In this document: in pieces, positions 25,291 through 32,000 of the stretch | Layout of the letters: each line of letters begins with the position of its first letter | Numbering within the stretch: the stretch's first letter is position 1 | Assembly (NCBI RefSeq): GCF_036323395.1 | Contig: NZ_AP028907.1 | Location: 810,001 to 842,000, forward strand | From: Pyrodictium abyssi | Lineage (GTDB): Archaea; Thermoproteota; Thermoprotei_A; Sulfolobales; Pyrodictiaceae | Reading direction: 5' to 3' | DNA: 32,000 nt | The notes under the pieces: generated by a model | What the model saw: only the letters and a program-made list of their open reading frames with translations | Told to the model about the DNA's origin: nothing | Database searches by the model: none | Position numbers and translations under genes: made by a program

Positions 25291-25360
25291 TGTATCAGCC
25301 CTCACACGGCTCCTCATAGGCCCCTGGTAGGCCTCAGACCGGAATCGCTCATCACCATCC
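25291..25360 (-). ncRNA. C/D box sRNA candidate
   Basis: Minus strand: C box GUGAUGA (25355-25349, perfect), 11-nt guide GCGAUUCCGGU, D' CUGA (perfect). GC hairpin spacer GGCC-UACCAGG-GGCC, C' AUGAGGA (1 mismatch), 12-nt guide GCCGUGUGAGGG. D box CUGA (25298-25295, perfect). It lies in a 390-nt non-coding gap. Confidence 0.6.
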
Positions 25361-25425
25361 CCATCTCTTCTTACGCCACACCACCGACTAGAGCCCGGGA
25401 TAGGGTTATCTTACCCTCTTGACCC

Positions 25426-25992
25426 TTGTATCGTCTTGCCCTGGGAATAGCAGTGACACAAGATTATTGGAGCCGAGGAGTAAAGCTCTCCTTCATATTC
25501 AACCTAGCTATCTACTTTGCCGGCCTAACAGCCGGCTTCATGTCTCCAAGCACTAGTGTACTGCAGTCTGTACTAGAGAATTTCACGGGCATCGGTCAGC
25601 TCACAATGTTCCACAAGTATGTGTTTATAGCTGTTAACAACATCGTACTAGCATTCACTCTCGTCCTATTCTCCATAGCCGTTATACCAGGACTCGCAGT
25701 AATAGCCTATAACGGCTACATAGTGGGGGCATTAGCCGCCTTATGGCTCAGCATGCACCAGCCCTTGCAGAAGTTCCTAGCATTGCTAGTTCCCCACGGC
25801 ATAATCGAGATGCCCGCACTCTTCTACGCATCATCCATAGGACTAACCATAGCGACCACACATATAGCTGGAGCTCGACGTATAGATGCCGTAAAGAAGG
25901 CGCTATCCAGTATAACCGTAGTAGTCTACTTACTCCTATTAGCAGCAGCTGTAGAGGTCATAATCACACCCTACATATCTTCTCTCGTATAA
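25426..25992 (+). CDS. SpoIIM-like (DUF95) integral membrane protein
   Basis: 188 aa with a TTG start and multiple TM segments. The family-typical motif is LLVPHGIIEMPALFYASSIGL. Confidence 0.7.
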   Translation: MYRLALGIAVTQDYWSRGVKLSFIFNLAIYFAGLTAGFMSPSTSVLQSVLENFTGIGQLTMFHKYVFIAVNNIVLAFTLVLFSIAVIPGLAVIAYNGYIVGALAALWLSMHQPLQKFLALLVPHGIIEMPALFYASSIGLTIATTHIAGARRIDAVKKALSSITVVVYLLLLAAAVEVIITPYISSLV

Positions 25993-26073
25993 AACCATAA
26001 TCATTACTTAAGCCTAAAAGATTGAAAATAAATATACTAGGATTACTACCAAGCATTAAGCGGGAGATGAAGA

Positions 26074-26484
26074 GTGACAGGCATACTGGAGTTCAGGCTA
26101 AGGTTACCCACCGGACGCGAAGCAGCACTAGTTGAAGGATTACGATTCTGCTACGACCTCAGCGAGACAGATGCAATAATACTATTCGAGCTTCTTAGGG
26201 GAGGCGAGTATACGGTCGACGATCTTACAAGAGGGCTAAGACTAAGCAAAGCTACCGTGAATAGAAGCCTATCCAAGCTAGTCGAGATAGGGTTCGTCTC
26301 TAGGGCTAGGGAGAAACGCGCTGGTGTCGGGCGGCCACGGTACCGCTACTATGTAGAGGATCCACGAAAAGTTATCATGCGTGTTATCGAGGATTTTGAG
26401 AAATGCTCTGCAGCATTCAAAGAAGCTCTACAAGAGCTCCTGAGAATAGTTGAAGAAGAGAGAGCCAAAAGGAAAGGGCAATAG
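26074..26484 (+). CDS. winged-helix transcriptional regulator (TrmB/MarR-like)
   Basis: GTG start with GGGAG upstream. HTH YTVDDLTRGLRLSKATVNRSLSKLVEIGFVSR, a wing GRPRYRYYV, and a C-terminal coiled coil. Confidence 0.7.
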   Translation: MTGILEFRLRLPTGREAALVEGLRFCYDLSETDAIILFELLRGGEYTVDDLTRGLRLSKATVNRSLSKLVEIGFVSRAREKRAGVGRPRYRYYVEDPRKVIMRVIEDFEKCSAAFKEALQELLRIVEEERAKRKGQ

Positions 26485-26620
26485 CGTGCTCAGCACCAGG
26501 GCTGGAGTTATCACGCTATTGCCAGCTACCGGGCCAGATGTCGTCTCTTCAAGTGCCAGCCAAGCCACGGCGTCCATATGGCTATCGAACCCGTCTATTA
26601 TCCGCATAAAGCTGCTACCA

Positions 26621-26932
26621 TTATACATCCTCCATGTCATCCTCAAGCGCAGTCTCCGTTAGCTCCCCCTCCTTTGGCACAATACCCATAACCGGTGTCT
26701 TAGCCACAGCCTGGCTAGACATCACCACTTGCATATAGTATAGTATTGCTTCTCTTATGAATTCGCTCCTACTAGCATACCCGAGAGAGCGCCATATACG
26801 ATCCATTTCCTCTATTATGTCTACTTCAAGTTTTACAGAGACTACTTTCTTTGGCGGCGACACCGGCACATCAAACACGTTGCCAGTATCATATACTCTT
26901 TGCCTGCTAGTCATCTTGGCTGCACCATACAC
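26621..26932 (-). CDS. ribbon-helix-helix (CopG/Arc/MetJ-type) DNA-binding protein
   Basis: RHH core VVSVKLEVDIIEEMDRIWRSLGYASRSEFIREAILYYM, followed by an acidic C-terminal tail. The start may be the Met at 26914 (MTSRQ...). Confidence 0.65.
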   Translation of the reverse strand: MYGAAKMTSRQRVYDTGNVFDVPVSPPKKVVSVKLEVDIIEEMDRIWRSLGYASRSEFIREAILYYMQVVMSSQAVAKTPVMGIVPKEGELTETALEDDMEDV

Positions 26933-27097
26933 GACACTCCTACCATAACCTTATGGCCTAGACAGCCAGACTATAATAGAGTTTTTAATCATCCGTAGTA
27001 ACGTACCTCATAACTATTCTTTAGATATTTAAGTTTCCTGATTTAACATCACCCCGGTAGTACCAGCAACATAGCAACTATATTATCCCAGCACGAC

Positions 27098-27811
27098 ATG
27101 CCAGATCATAACATGCCCTACATGGGGGTTAAGATAGTCAACCATAGCGTTTATCTCCCACAGTGGACCAGGGGCATACTGTTAACAAGCACTAGAGGTG
27201 CCCTAGCAATACCGGGGAGCACTATGAGCGACAGTGTAGCTGCAAGAGAGCCTGTCAAGATAAACGAAGCTGTAGTCCAATGCCCCGTGTGCAAGAAGGC
27301 CACGCTAAAGATCGAAGACTATCTATACGATATGCCTGTAGTTGGTAAGGTTATCCTATCGTCTGGGAAGTGCAGTAGCTGTAACTACAAGTTTAACGAT
27401 GTTAGGCTGGCCGAGGCCCATGAACCTAGGAAGATAATACTACGTGTAGAGAAGCATGAGGATCTCAACGCGCTGGTAGTCCGCTCATCATCTGCGTCAA
27501 TACTTATACCAGAGTTTGAAATGAGCATGACACCTGGCCCTGCATCTGAAGGCTTCATAACTACTGTTGAGGGCGTTCTTGAAAGATTCCTAGAAGCCAT
27601 AGATGTTGCATGCGCTGACCCAGATACCGATAAGTCCGCATGCGAGAAGGCGAGAAGGACTATAGAAGAAGCTAAGGAGGGTAAACGAGAATTCACACTG
27701 GTAATTGTGGACCCAGAGGGTGTAAGCGCAATCGTATCAGATAAGGCTAAGACAGAGCCAGTTAGTAAGGAGGAGCTAGCGAGGCTCGGCTACATAGTAG
27801 CCGATAGCTAA
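27098..27811 (+). CDS. ZPR1-type zinc-finger protein
   Basis: CPVCKKATLKIEDYLYDMPVVGKVILSSGKCSSCNYKFNDV matches the ZPR1 zinc-ribbon, followed by the ZPR1 beta-helical module. The true start is probably the ATG at 27224 (MSDSVAAREP...), preceded by GGGGAG. Confidence 0.8.
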   Translation: MPDHNMPYMGVKIVNHSVYLPQWTRGILLTSTRGALAIPGSTMSDSVAAREPVKINEAVVQCPVCKKATLKIEDYLYDMPVVGKVILSSGKCSSCNYKFNDVRLAEAHEPRKIILRVEKHEDLNALVVRSSSASILIPEFEMSMTPGPASEGFITTVEGVLERFLEAIDVACADPDTDKSACEKARRTIEEAKEGKREFTLVIVDPEGVSAIVSDKAKTEPVSKEELARLGYIVADS

Positions 27812-27840
27812 AACAAGAGAGCCGAAGGGGGTCCATCGCG

Positions 27841-28377
27841 CTACTCTACCTTAATCTTAAGACCGCCTTCTTCTTTTTCTTCCTTCTTCTCTTTCTCTAT
27901 CGTCACTTCTAGTACGCCATTTCTGTACTTAGCTTTTGCAGTTTCTGGTTTGATGCCTGGAGGCAGCTCTATCTCTTTGTAGTACTTCCTGTCTTTGTCT
28001 TCGGCCTTTATTACAAGTTTGCCGTCCTTCACTCTTACATCTATCTTGTCCTTCTCTATACCAGGTATTTCTGCTACCACTACTACCCTATCCTTCTCGT
28101 CGATTACATCAACTAGTGGCTCGAGCCTCTCCTCTATTATGGCTCTACGGCCACGCCTCTTGACGTTGCCAAACTCTTCTATGATAGGCTTGCCGTCCGG
28201 CCCTATTGTTATTCTTACGCCATAGACTATGGGGCCTTTGACTCCTCTCCCCTGGAGCTGCGTTGCTCTAGTCTCGAACTCCTCGAACATATTCATAGCT
28301 AGGCGCTCCATCTCTCTGATCATTTCCTCTATCTCGTCGAATATATCACTAAATCTACGCCGCCATATGAATGACAT
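27841..28377 (-). CDS. hsp20: small heat shock protein, Hsp20/alpha-crystallin family
   Basis: Alpha-crystallin domain VDVIDEKDRVVVVAEIPGIEKDKIDVRVKDGKLVIKAE...ELPPGIKPETAKAKYRNGVLEVTIEK. A TATTAATA box lies about 46 nt upstream. Confidence 0.9.
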   Translation of the reverse strand: MSFIWRRRFSDIFDEIEEMIREMERLAMNMFEEFETRATQLQGRGVKGPIVYGVRITIGPDGKPIIEEFGNVKRRGRRAIIEERLEPLVDVIDEKDRVVVVAEIPGIEKDKIDVRVKDGKLVIKAEDKDRKYYKEIELPPGIKPETAKAKYRNGVLEVTIEKEKKEEKEEGGLKIKVE

Positions 28378-28569
28378 AGCTCGGCCCCCACCGGTACATA
28401 GTTAGGTATGTACTCTTGTCCTATTAATACTCTTGGACATTCAGTAGCCATACATCACCGTTTACCCGGCTACCGTGCACTGCTTTAGACTACCGCCTAT
28501 AGAGCTGCATAAAAGTCCCCTTCATAGTGTCTAAACCATCTACACGGTATTGCACGTGGGGCGTCGCTA

Positions 28570-29925
28570 ATGCGCGCTAAGTACGATGTAGTTATAGCTG
28601 GCCTAGGTCCTGCTGGGAGTGTCGCCCTCTGGCATCTGGCGAAGAAGGGGTTTAGCGTAGCAGGCTTCGATATGAGGAAGCCAGAAGACGTATGGGGCAA
28701 GCCGTGCGGGGACGCTCTGGGCGCGCATCATCCGCGGGAGGCCGGGCTACCGGATCCGCCGAGCTATGTAGTGAAGAACAGAGTCACTGCTATAGACATA
28801 TATTCGCCCGGCGAGACGACGAGGTATCGGGTATACGGCGAAGGTTACATCATTGACAGAGCCCGTTTCGGCAAGTGGATCATCGACGAAGCCTCTTCTA
28901 GCGGCGCAGAGGCCTACTTTGGCGCAAGAGTCGTTGCCCCGATAATCAAGGACGGGAAAGTAGCCGGCGTACGGGTACAGCTTGGTGATCAGGTGAAAGA
29001 GGTCTACGCGGACGTAGTGATAGAAGCTACGGGGTTCTCACGGGCTATAAGAGCCCGGCTGCCCCGCGATTGGCCCATCTACGAGGACATACACCCCAGG
29101 GACATGAACATAGCCTACAGGGAGATCATAGAGTACGAAGACTACGAGGTCGAAGAGCCAAGCATCATAAGGATTTACCTAGACCAGACGGTTGCTCCAG
29201 GCGGGTACTGGTGGTACTTCCCAGAGTCGCGTCATAGCGTGAATGTCGGCCTAGGCGTACAGGGTGGCATGGGGCATCCAAACCCTATGACGTTGTACCG
29301 CGAGAAGCTGTTAAAGCATCCACTCATGCAGCATCCGTACCGCGTGGTAAAGGCTGCTGGTGCACCGCTGCCTACACGTCGTCCATCGAACACGCTCGTG
29401 GGGCCAGGTATATTGATTATTGGTGACGCGGGGTATACTGTAAACCCGGTACATGGAGGGGGCATGGGCTACGCATTTAGAGCGGCATACTATGCTGCAC
29501 TAGCTGTAGAGGAAGCATACAACCGCAACGACTTCAGCGAACAGGGGCTATGGGGGCTAAACACGCGCTACATGAGAGATATAGGTGGCAAGCAAGCAGC
29601 GCTTGACGTGTTTAGAAGGTTCCTGCAGAGGCTTAGTAATGATGAGATAAGGTTTGGGATGGAGAAGCGCCTAATACCTGAGCAAGACGTGTACTATACA
29701 AGCAGCAGGGGCGATCTAAATATATCAGTAGTAGAAAAGGCTATGATAGTTCTGCGCGGGCTACAGAGGCCTAGCCTGCTAGCTAAGCTAAAGCTGGTAG
29801 CAGACTATATGAAGCGTATAAAGCAGCTATATATGGAGTATCCGGAGGAGCCTGCCAGGCTAAGAGAGTGGATTAGAAGCGTGGATGCACTGATAAGCGA
29901 GTTCGAAGCGAAAATAGAGAAGTAG
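28570..29925 (+). CDS. geranylgeranyl reductase family FAD-dependent oxidoreductase
   Basis: N-terminal dinucleotide fold YDVVIAGLGPAGSVALWHLAKKG. The second FAD motif is LIIGDAGYTVNPVHGGGMGYA. 451 aa. Confidence 0.85.
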   Translation: MRAKYDVVIAGLGPAGSVALWHLAKKGFSVAGFDMRKPEDVWGKPCGDALGAHHPREAGLPDPPSYVVKNRVTAIDIYSPGETTRYRVYGEGYIIDRARFGKWIIDEASSSGAEAYFGARVVAPIIKDGKVAGVRVQLGDQVKEVYADVVIEATGFSRAIRARLPRDWPIYEDIHPRDMNIAYREIIEYEDYEVEEPSIIRIYLDQTVAPGGYWWYFPESRHSVNVGLGVQGGMGHPNPMTLYREKLLKHPLMQHPYRVVKAAGAPLPTRRPSNTLVGPGILIIGDAGYTVNPVHGGGMGYAFRAAYYAALAVEEAYNRNDFSEQGLWGLNTRYMRDIGGKQAALDVFRRFLQRLSNDEIRFGMEKRLIPEQDVYYTSSRGDLNISVVEKAMIVLRGLQRPSLLAKLKLVADYMKRIKQLYMEYPEEPARLREWIRSVDALISEFEAKIEK

Positions 29926-29995
29926 AACACTCTGTCTACTCCGACCACTATTCTGGGACTCTTATTCTAGCCATAGCTTTTCCACCAAACATACC

Positions 29996-30262
29996 ATGTT
30001 GCGGGTGCTGCTTATGTCTCTCCAATGGGATCCCAAGTGGGAAGAGGTAGTAATAGACGTGGAGGGTATACGCGTAAAGGCTCTCCAAGACCGTATCACA
30101 AAACTAATAGCGTGCCCGATATGCGGCGTCGGTGATAGAGCTTCATACTTCTTTAGCCCCCGTGATCTCATAAACCATCTCTTTGCACATACTTCAAGAG
30201 CCCAAAGGATCCAAGTCGTTGCGCCCACAACAGAACCCGAGGAGGAAGAGGAAGAGGAGTGA
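29996..30262 (+). CDS. small C2H2-like zinc-finger protein with poly-Glu tail
   Basis: CPICG-x17-HLFAH spacing. The C-terminus is EPEEEEEEE. Its stop overlaps the GTG start of the next gene. The competing antisense ORF 29962..30228 is less protein-like. Confidence 0.5.
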   Translation: MLRVLLMSLQWDPKWEEVVIDVEGIRVKALQDRITKLIACPICGVGDRASYFFSPRDLINHLFAHTSRAQRIQVVAPTTEPEEEEEEE

Positions 30263-31191
30263 CAATGTTTGTTCTCGACGTCTTTTCCTCCCCCACATTG
30301 GATATCATTAATGGTCGTCTATGCAGGGGCGGGCCCGCTTATTATGCCAGGCTGGCACTTTATGCTGTTGGTGCCTCGGACGCTAGAGTTAGGCTGCCGT
30401 ACGATACGTGTATAGACGTAGAGTGGTATCTTAGGACAGAATGGTGCTTGGAGGCCGACACGTTAGCTGCTATTCCGGAGTGCGCTACAGTATTCATGCT
30501 GGAGGAGAGAGATGCAGGCCGCCGGTTGAAGCCACTCAGCCTCCATAAGATAGGGCGTGAGCATCCAAAAGGCACCGCGGCACTCATATCACCTGTTCTC
30601 GCCGAACTCGACATTGATAATGCTGTTAGGCTGCTAAGCCATTACAGCCTAGCCGTTTTGGATGTTCAAGGATTTAGCCGTCTCTACTATGGTGGAGAAG
30701 TCGCAGTGTTTAGCGAGAACGTCCTAGCTCTTGTAGAGCGGGTTGGGGTAGCCGACAATTTCATAGCTATTAAAGCCAGTTTGGAGGATATACCGGATTT
30801 CATAGCCCTGGATAGGTTGCTTAGATACAGCTCTAGCTTAGGACATACCGCTATAATGGTTACTGCTGGGCCTAGAGGCGCACTTATACTGTATAGCGAC
30901 TATAGCTTCGTCATTAGGCCTCGGAGCGTGGATAGGGTTCCTACTGGCGCTGGGGACATGTTCTCGACACTAGTTCTCTATGGTGTTTGGAGAGGATATG
31001 GATTAGAACGCTCCACGCTGGGGGCCGCCGCAGCTGTGTCGTGTATACTGGAGAGGAGGGACGAGATAGCCTATGGAGGATACGGACTATGCAGAGACAG
31101 TTTTGAAGAAAGGTTCCACGCCAGTATATACCGGTTACCAGGCAGATGCTACAGCATTGACTGTGTCATCTCCGCTCTTGAGTATGGGTAG
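30259..31191 (+). CDS. PfkB/ribokinase-superfamily carbohydrate (or nucleoside) kinase
   Basis: C-terminal PfkB signature VPTGAGDMFSTLVLYG. N-terminal GGPAYYARLAL is substrate-lid-like. The start is GTG 30259 or ATG 30265. Substrate not inferable. Confidence 0.7.
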   Translation: MTMFVLDVFSSPTLDIINGRLCRGGPAYYARLALYAVGASDARVRLPYDTCIDVEWYLRTEWCLEADTLAAIPECATVFMLEERDAGRRLKPLSLHKIGREHPKGTAALISPVLAELDIDNAVRLLSHYSLAVLDVQGFSRLYYGGEVAVFSENVLALVERVGVADNFIAIKASLEDIPDFIALDRLLRYSSSLGHTAIMVTAGPRGALILYSDYSFVIRPRSVDRVPTGAGDMFSTLVLYGVWRGYGLERSTLGAAAAVSCILERRDEIAYGGYGLCRDSFEERFHASIYRLPGRCYSIDCVISALEYG

Positions 31192-31500
31192 CCCGGAAGA
31201 CCTATCACTATTGTATCCAAGAAGCGAGAGCGCTACATCAACTATTTCTTCCACCTTTAGGACGCGGCCCTCTGCTATCTCCCTACCATTTATAACCAGC
31301 ACGGGTATACTGTACGGGGTAAACACACCTACATGGGATACATCCCAGTATACCGTGTTTGGTACCACGAGGGCTTCAATACCGTACTCTTCTCTTAGAA
31401 TCTTGGCCGCCTTGCGTGCATTTTCTATAAGCTCTTCTGTGGCTGCGTCAAAAGCCCCGTATATCACTATCTCTATGTCTGCTGTGAATACAGCCTCCAT
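31135..31500 (-). CDS. hypothetical protein, possibly thioredoxin-like fold
   Basis: I prefer the ATG at 31500 (MEAVFTADIEIVIYG...) over the TTG at 31581 in the ORF track. IPVLVINGREIAEGR resembles the Trx-fold cis-Pro region, but there is no CxxC. The antisense ORF 31073..31648 is Ser/Thr/Pro-rich and looks spurious. It overlaps the kinase gene 3' end by 57 nt. Confidence 0.45.
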   Translation of the reverse strand: MEAVFTADIEIVIYGAFDAATEELIENARKAAKILREEYGIEALVVPNTVYWDVSHVGVFTPYSIPVLVINGREIAEGRVLKVEEIVDVALSLLGYNSDRSSGLPILKSGDDTVNAVASAW

Positions 31501-31765
31501 CTCGAGTGGTATACCGGCTTCGTGGGCTGCTACGGCTACCCCGACGTCTGCTGCGGCAGACACGGAGAGACCCCGGCGCAACTATTCCAACCCCTGTGGG
31601 CCACTTAAGCCGCTACAGCCTGGTAACCCGGGCCCCACCCTACCATAGAGTATAGGCTGCTAACGGGACAGGATACGGCAGAAGGCATCATTCTAATCCG
31701 GTAGTACACTTTACGTGGAGTAACACCGAATAGAGTGTAGCGAGAAACAACTACTGGGGGTGTAC

Positions 31766-32000
31766 ATGCCTATGAGAATGACACCGCGTTCAAGCAGGGA
31801 CTATATTGATGAGAGGCTGATGCTGGCAGCTGAGCGGGCAGCAGAGATACTTGTAGAACACATGAACGAGTGGAAGGATACTATAGATGCCTACTGGCTT
31901 CTACGCCGCTACGAGGACGAGGTTGGAGTACCGGTTACCTACGACATCGTAGAGCAGGCCGTGGAGAAGGCTCGCCGGGTGCTAGAGGCTACGGGGCAGA
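31766..32000 (+). CDS. hypothetical protein, 3' end cut by window edge
   Basis: ATG at 31766 preceded by GGGGGTG. The frame stays open to the window end (MPMRMTPRSSRDYIDERLMLAAERAAEILVEHMNEWKDTIDAYWLLRRYEDEVGVPVTYDIVEQAVEKARRVLEATGQ). Not in the ORF track because it is truncated. Confidence 0.4.
   Translation, partial: MPMRMTPRSSRDYIDERLMLAAERAAEILVEHMNEWKDTIDAYWLLRRYEDEVGVPVTYDIVEQAVEKARRVLEATGQ

Noticed and set aside
26483-26535. Half C/D-like element on the minus strand (GUGAUAA-14nt-CUGA) between the convergent wHTH and RHH genes.
   Set aside because: Only one box pair is present, with non-canonical 14-nt spacing and no upstream C box. A 6-bp stem (AGCGTG/CACGCT) here may simply be a 3'-end structure.
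31073-31648. 191-aa plus-strand ORF.
   Set aside because: It is a Ser/Thr/Pro/Ala-rich shadow frame. The minus-strand frame has a normal globular composition.
1-32000. Scan for CRISPR arrays, IS elements/transposases, rRNA genes and tandem repeats.
   Set aside because: No regularly spaced direct repeats, terminal inverted repeats flanking a transposase-like ORF, or rRNA-like sequence were seen by eye. A computational repeat search would be needed to exclude short or degenerate ones.

Overview
Dense 32-kb chromosomal window. Gene content suggests a hyperthermophilic crenarchaeon, Desulfurococcales/Pyrodictiaceae-like: PolB1-type family-B DNA polymerase, PCNA, Hjc, PINA-type PIN-ATPase, XPB, PEP synthase, geranylgeranyl reductase, sHSP and archaeal-style C/D box sRNA candidates. 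This organism assignment is inference. I call about 40 protein genes on both strands, one tRNA-Arg(GCG) with encoded CCA, and four C/D box sRNA candidates found by hand. Several inverted repeats are also listed. Many genes must use GTG/TTG starts. I saw no rRNA, CRISPR array, transposase or integrase. Most of the window is housekeeping (replication, repair, central metabolism). Regions worth a second look: (1) a clearly lower-GC four-gene cassette (4012-8076) built around an XPB helicase with no Bax1 partner and three uncharacterised neighbours; (2) two unusually long, GC-rich, structured non-coding regions (about 21150-21700 and 25036-25425) carrying C/D sRNA candidates, a repeated GGATGAGGA(C) K-turn-like motif and a 78-nt hairpin with a perfect 11-bp stem; (3) a RavA/ViaA-like AAA+ plus VWA pair that has no ATG start; (4) a PolB1 gene with a long low-complexity N-terminal insertion and a perfect 14-bp palindrome over its N-terminal PIP-like motif; (5) orphan genes beside the tRNA, namely a nucleotidyltransferase-motif protein and a poly-His coiled-coil protein. 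I cannot show from sequence alone that any of these is a new biological system. They are hypotheses with stated tests. All homology calls come from motif recognition by eye, not database searches.
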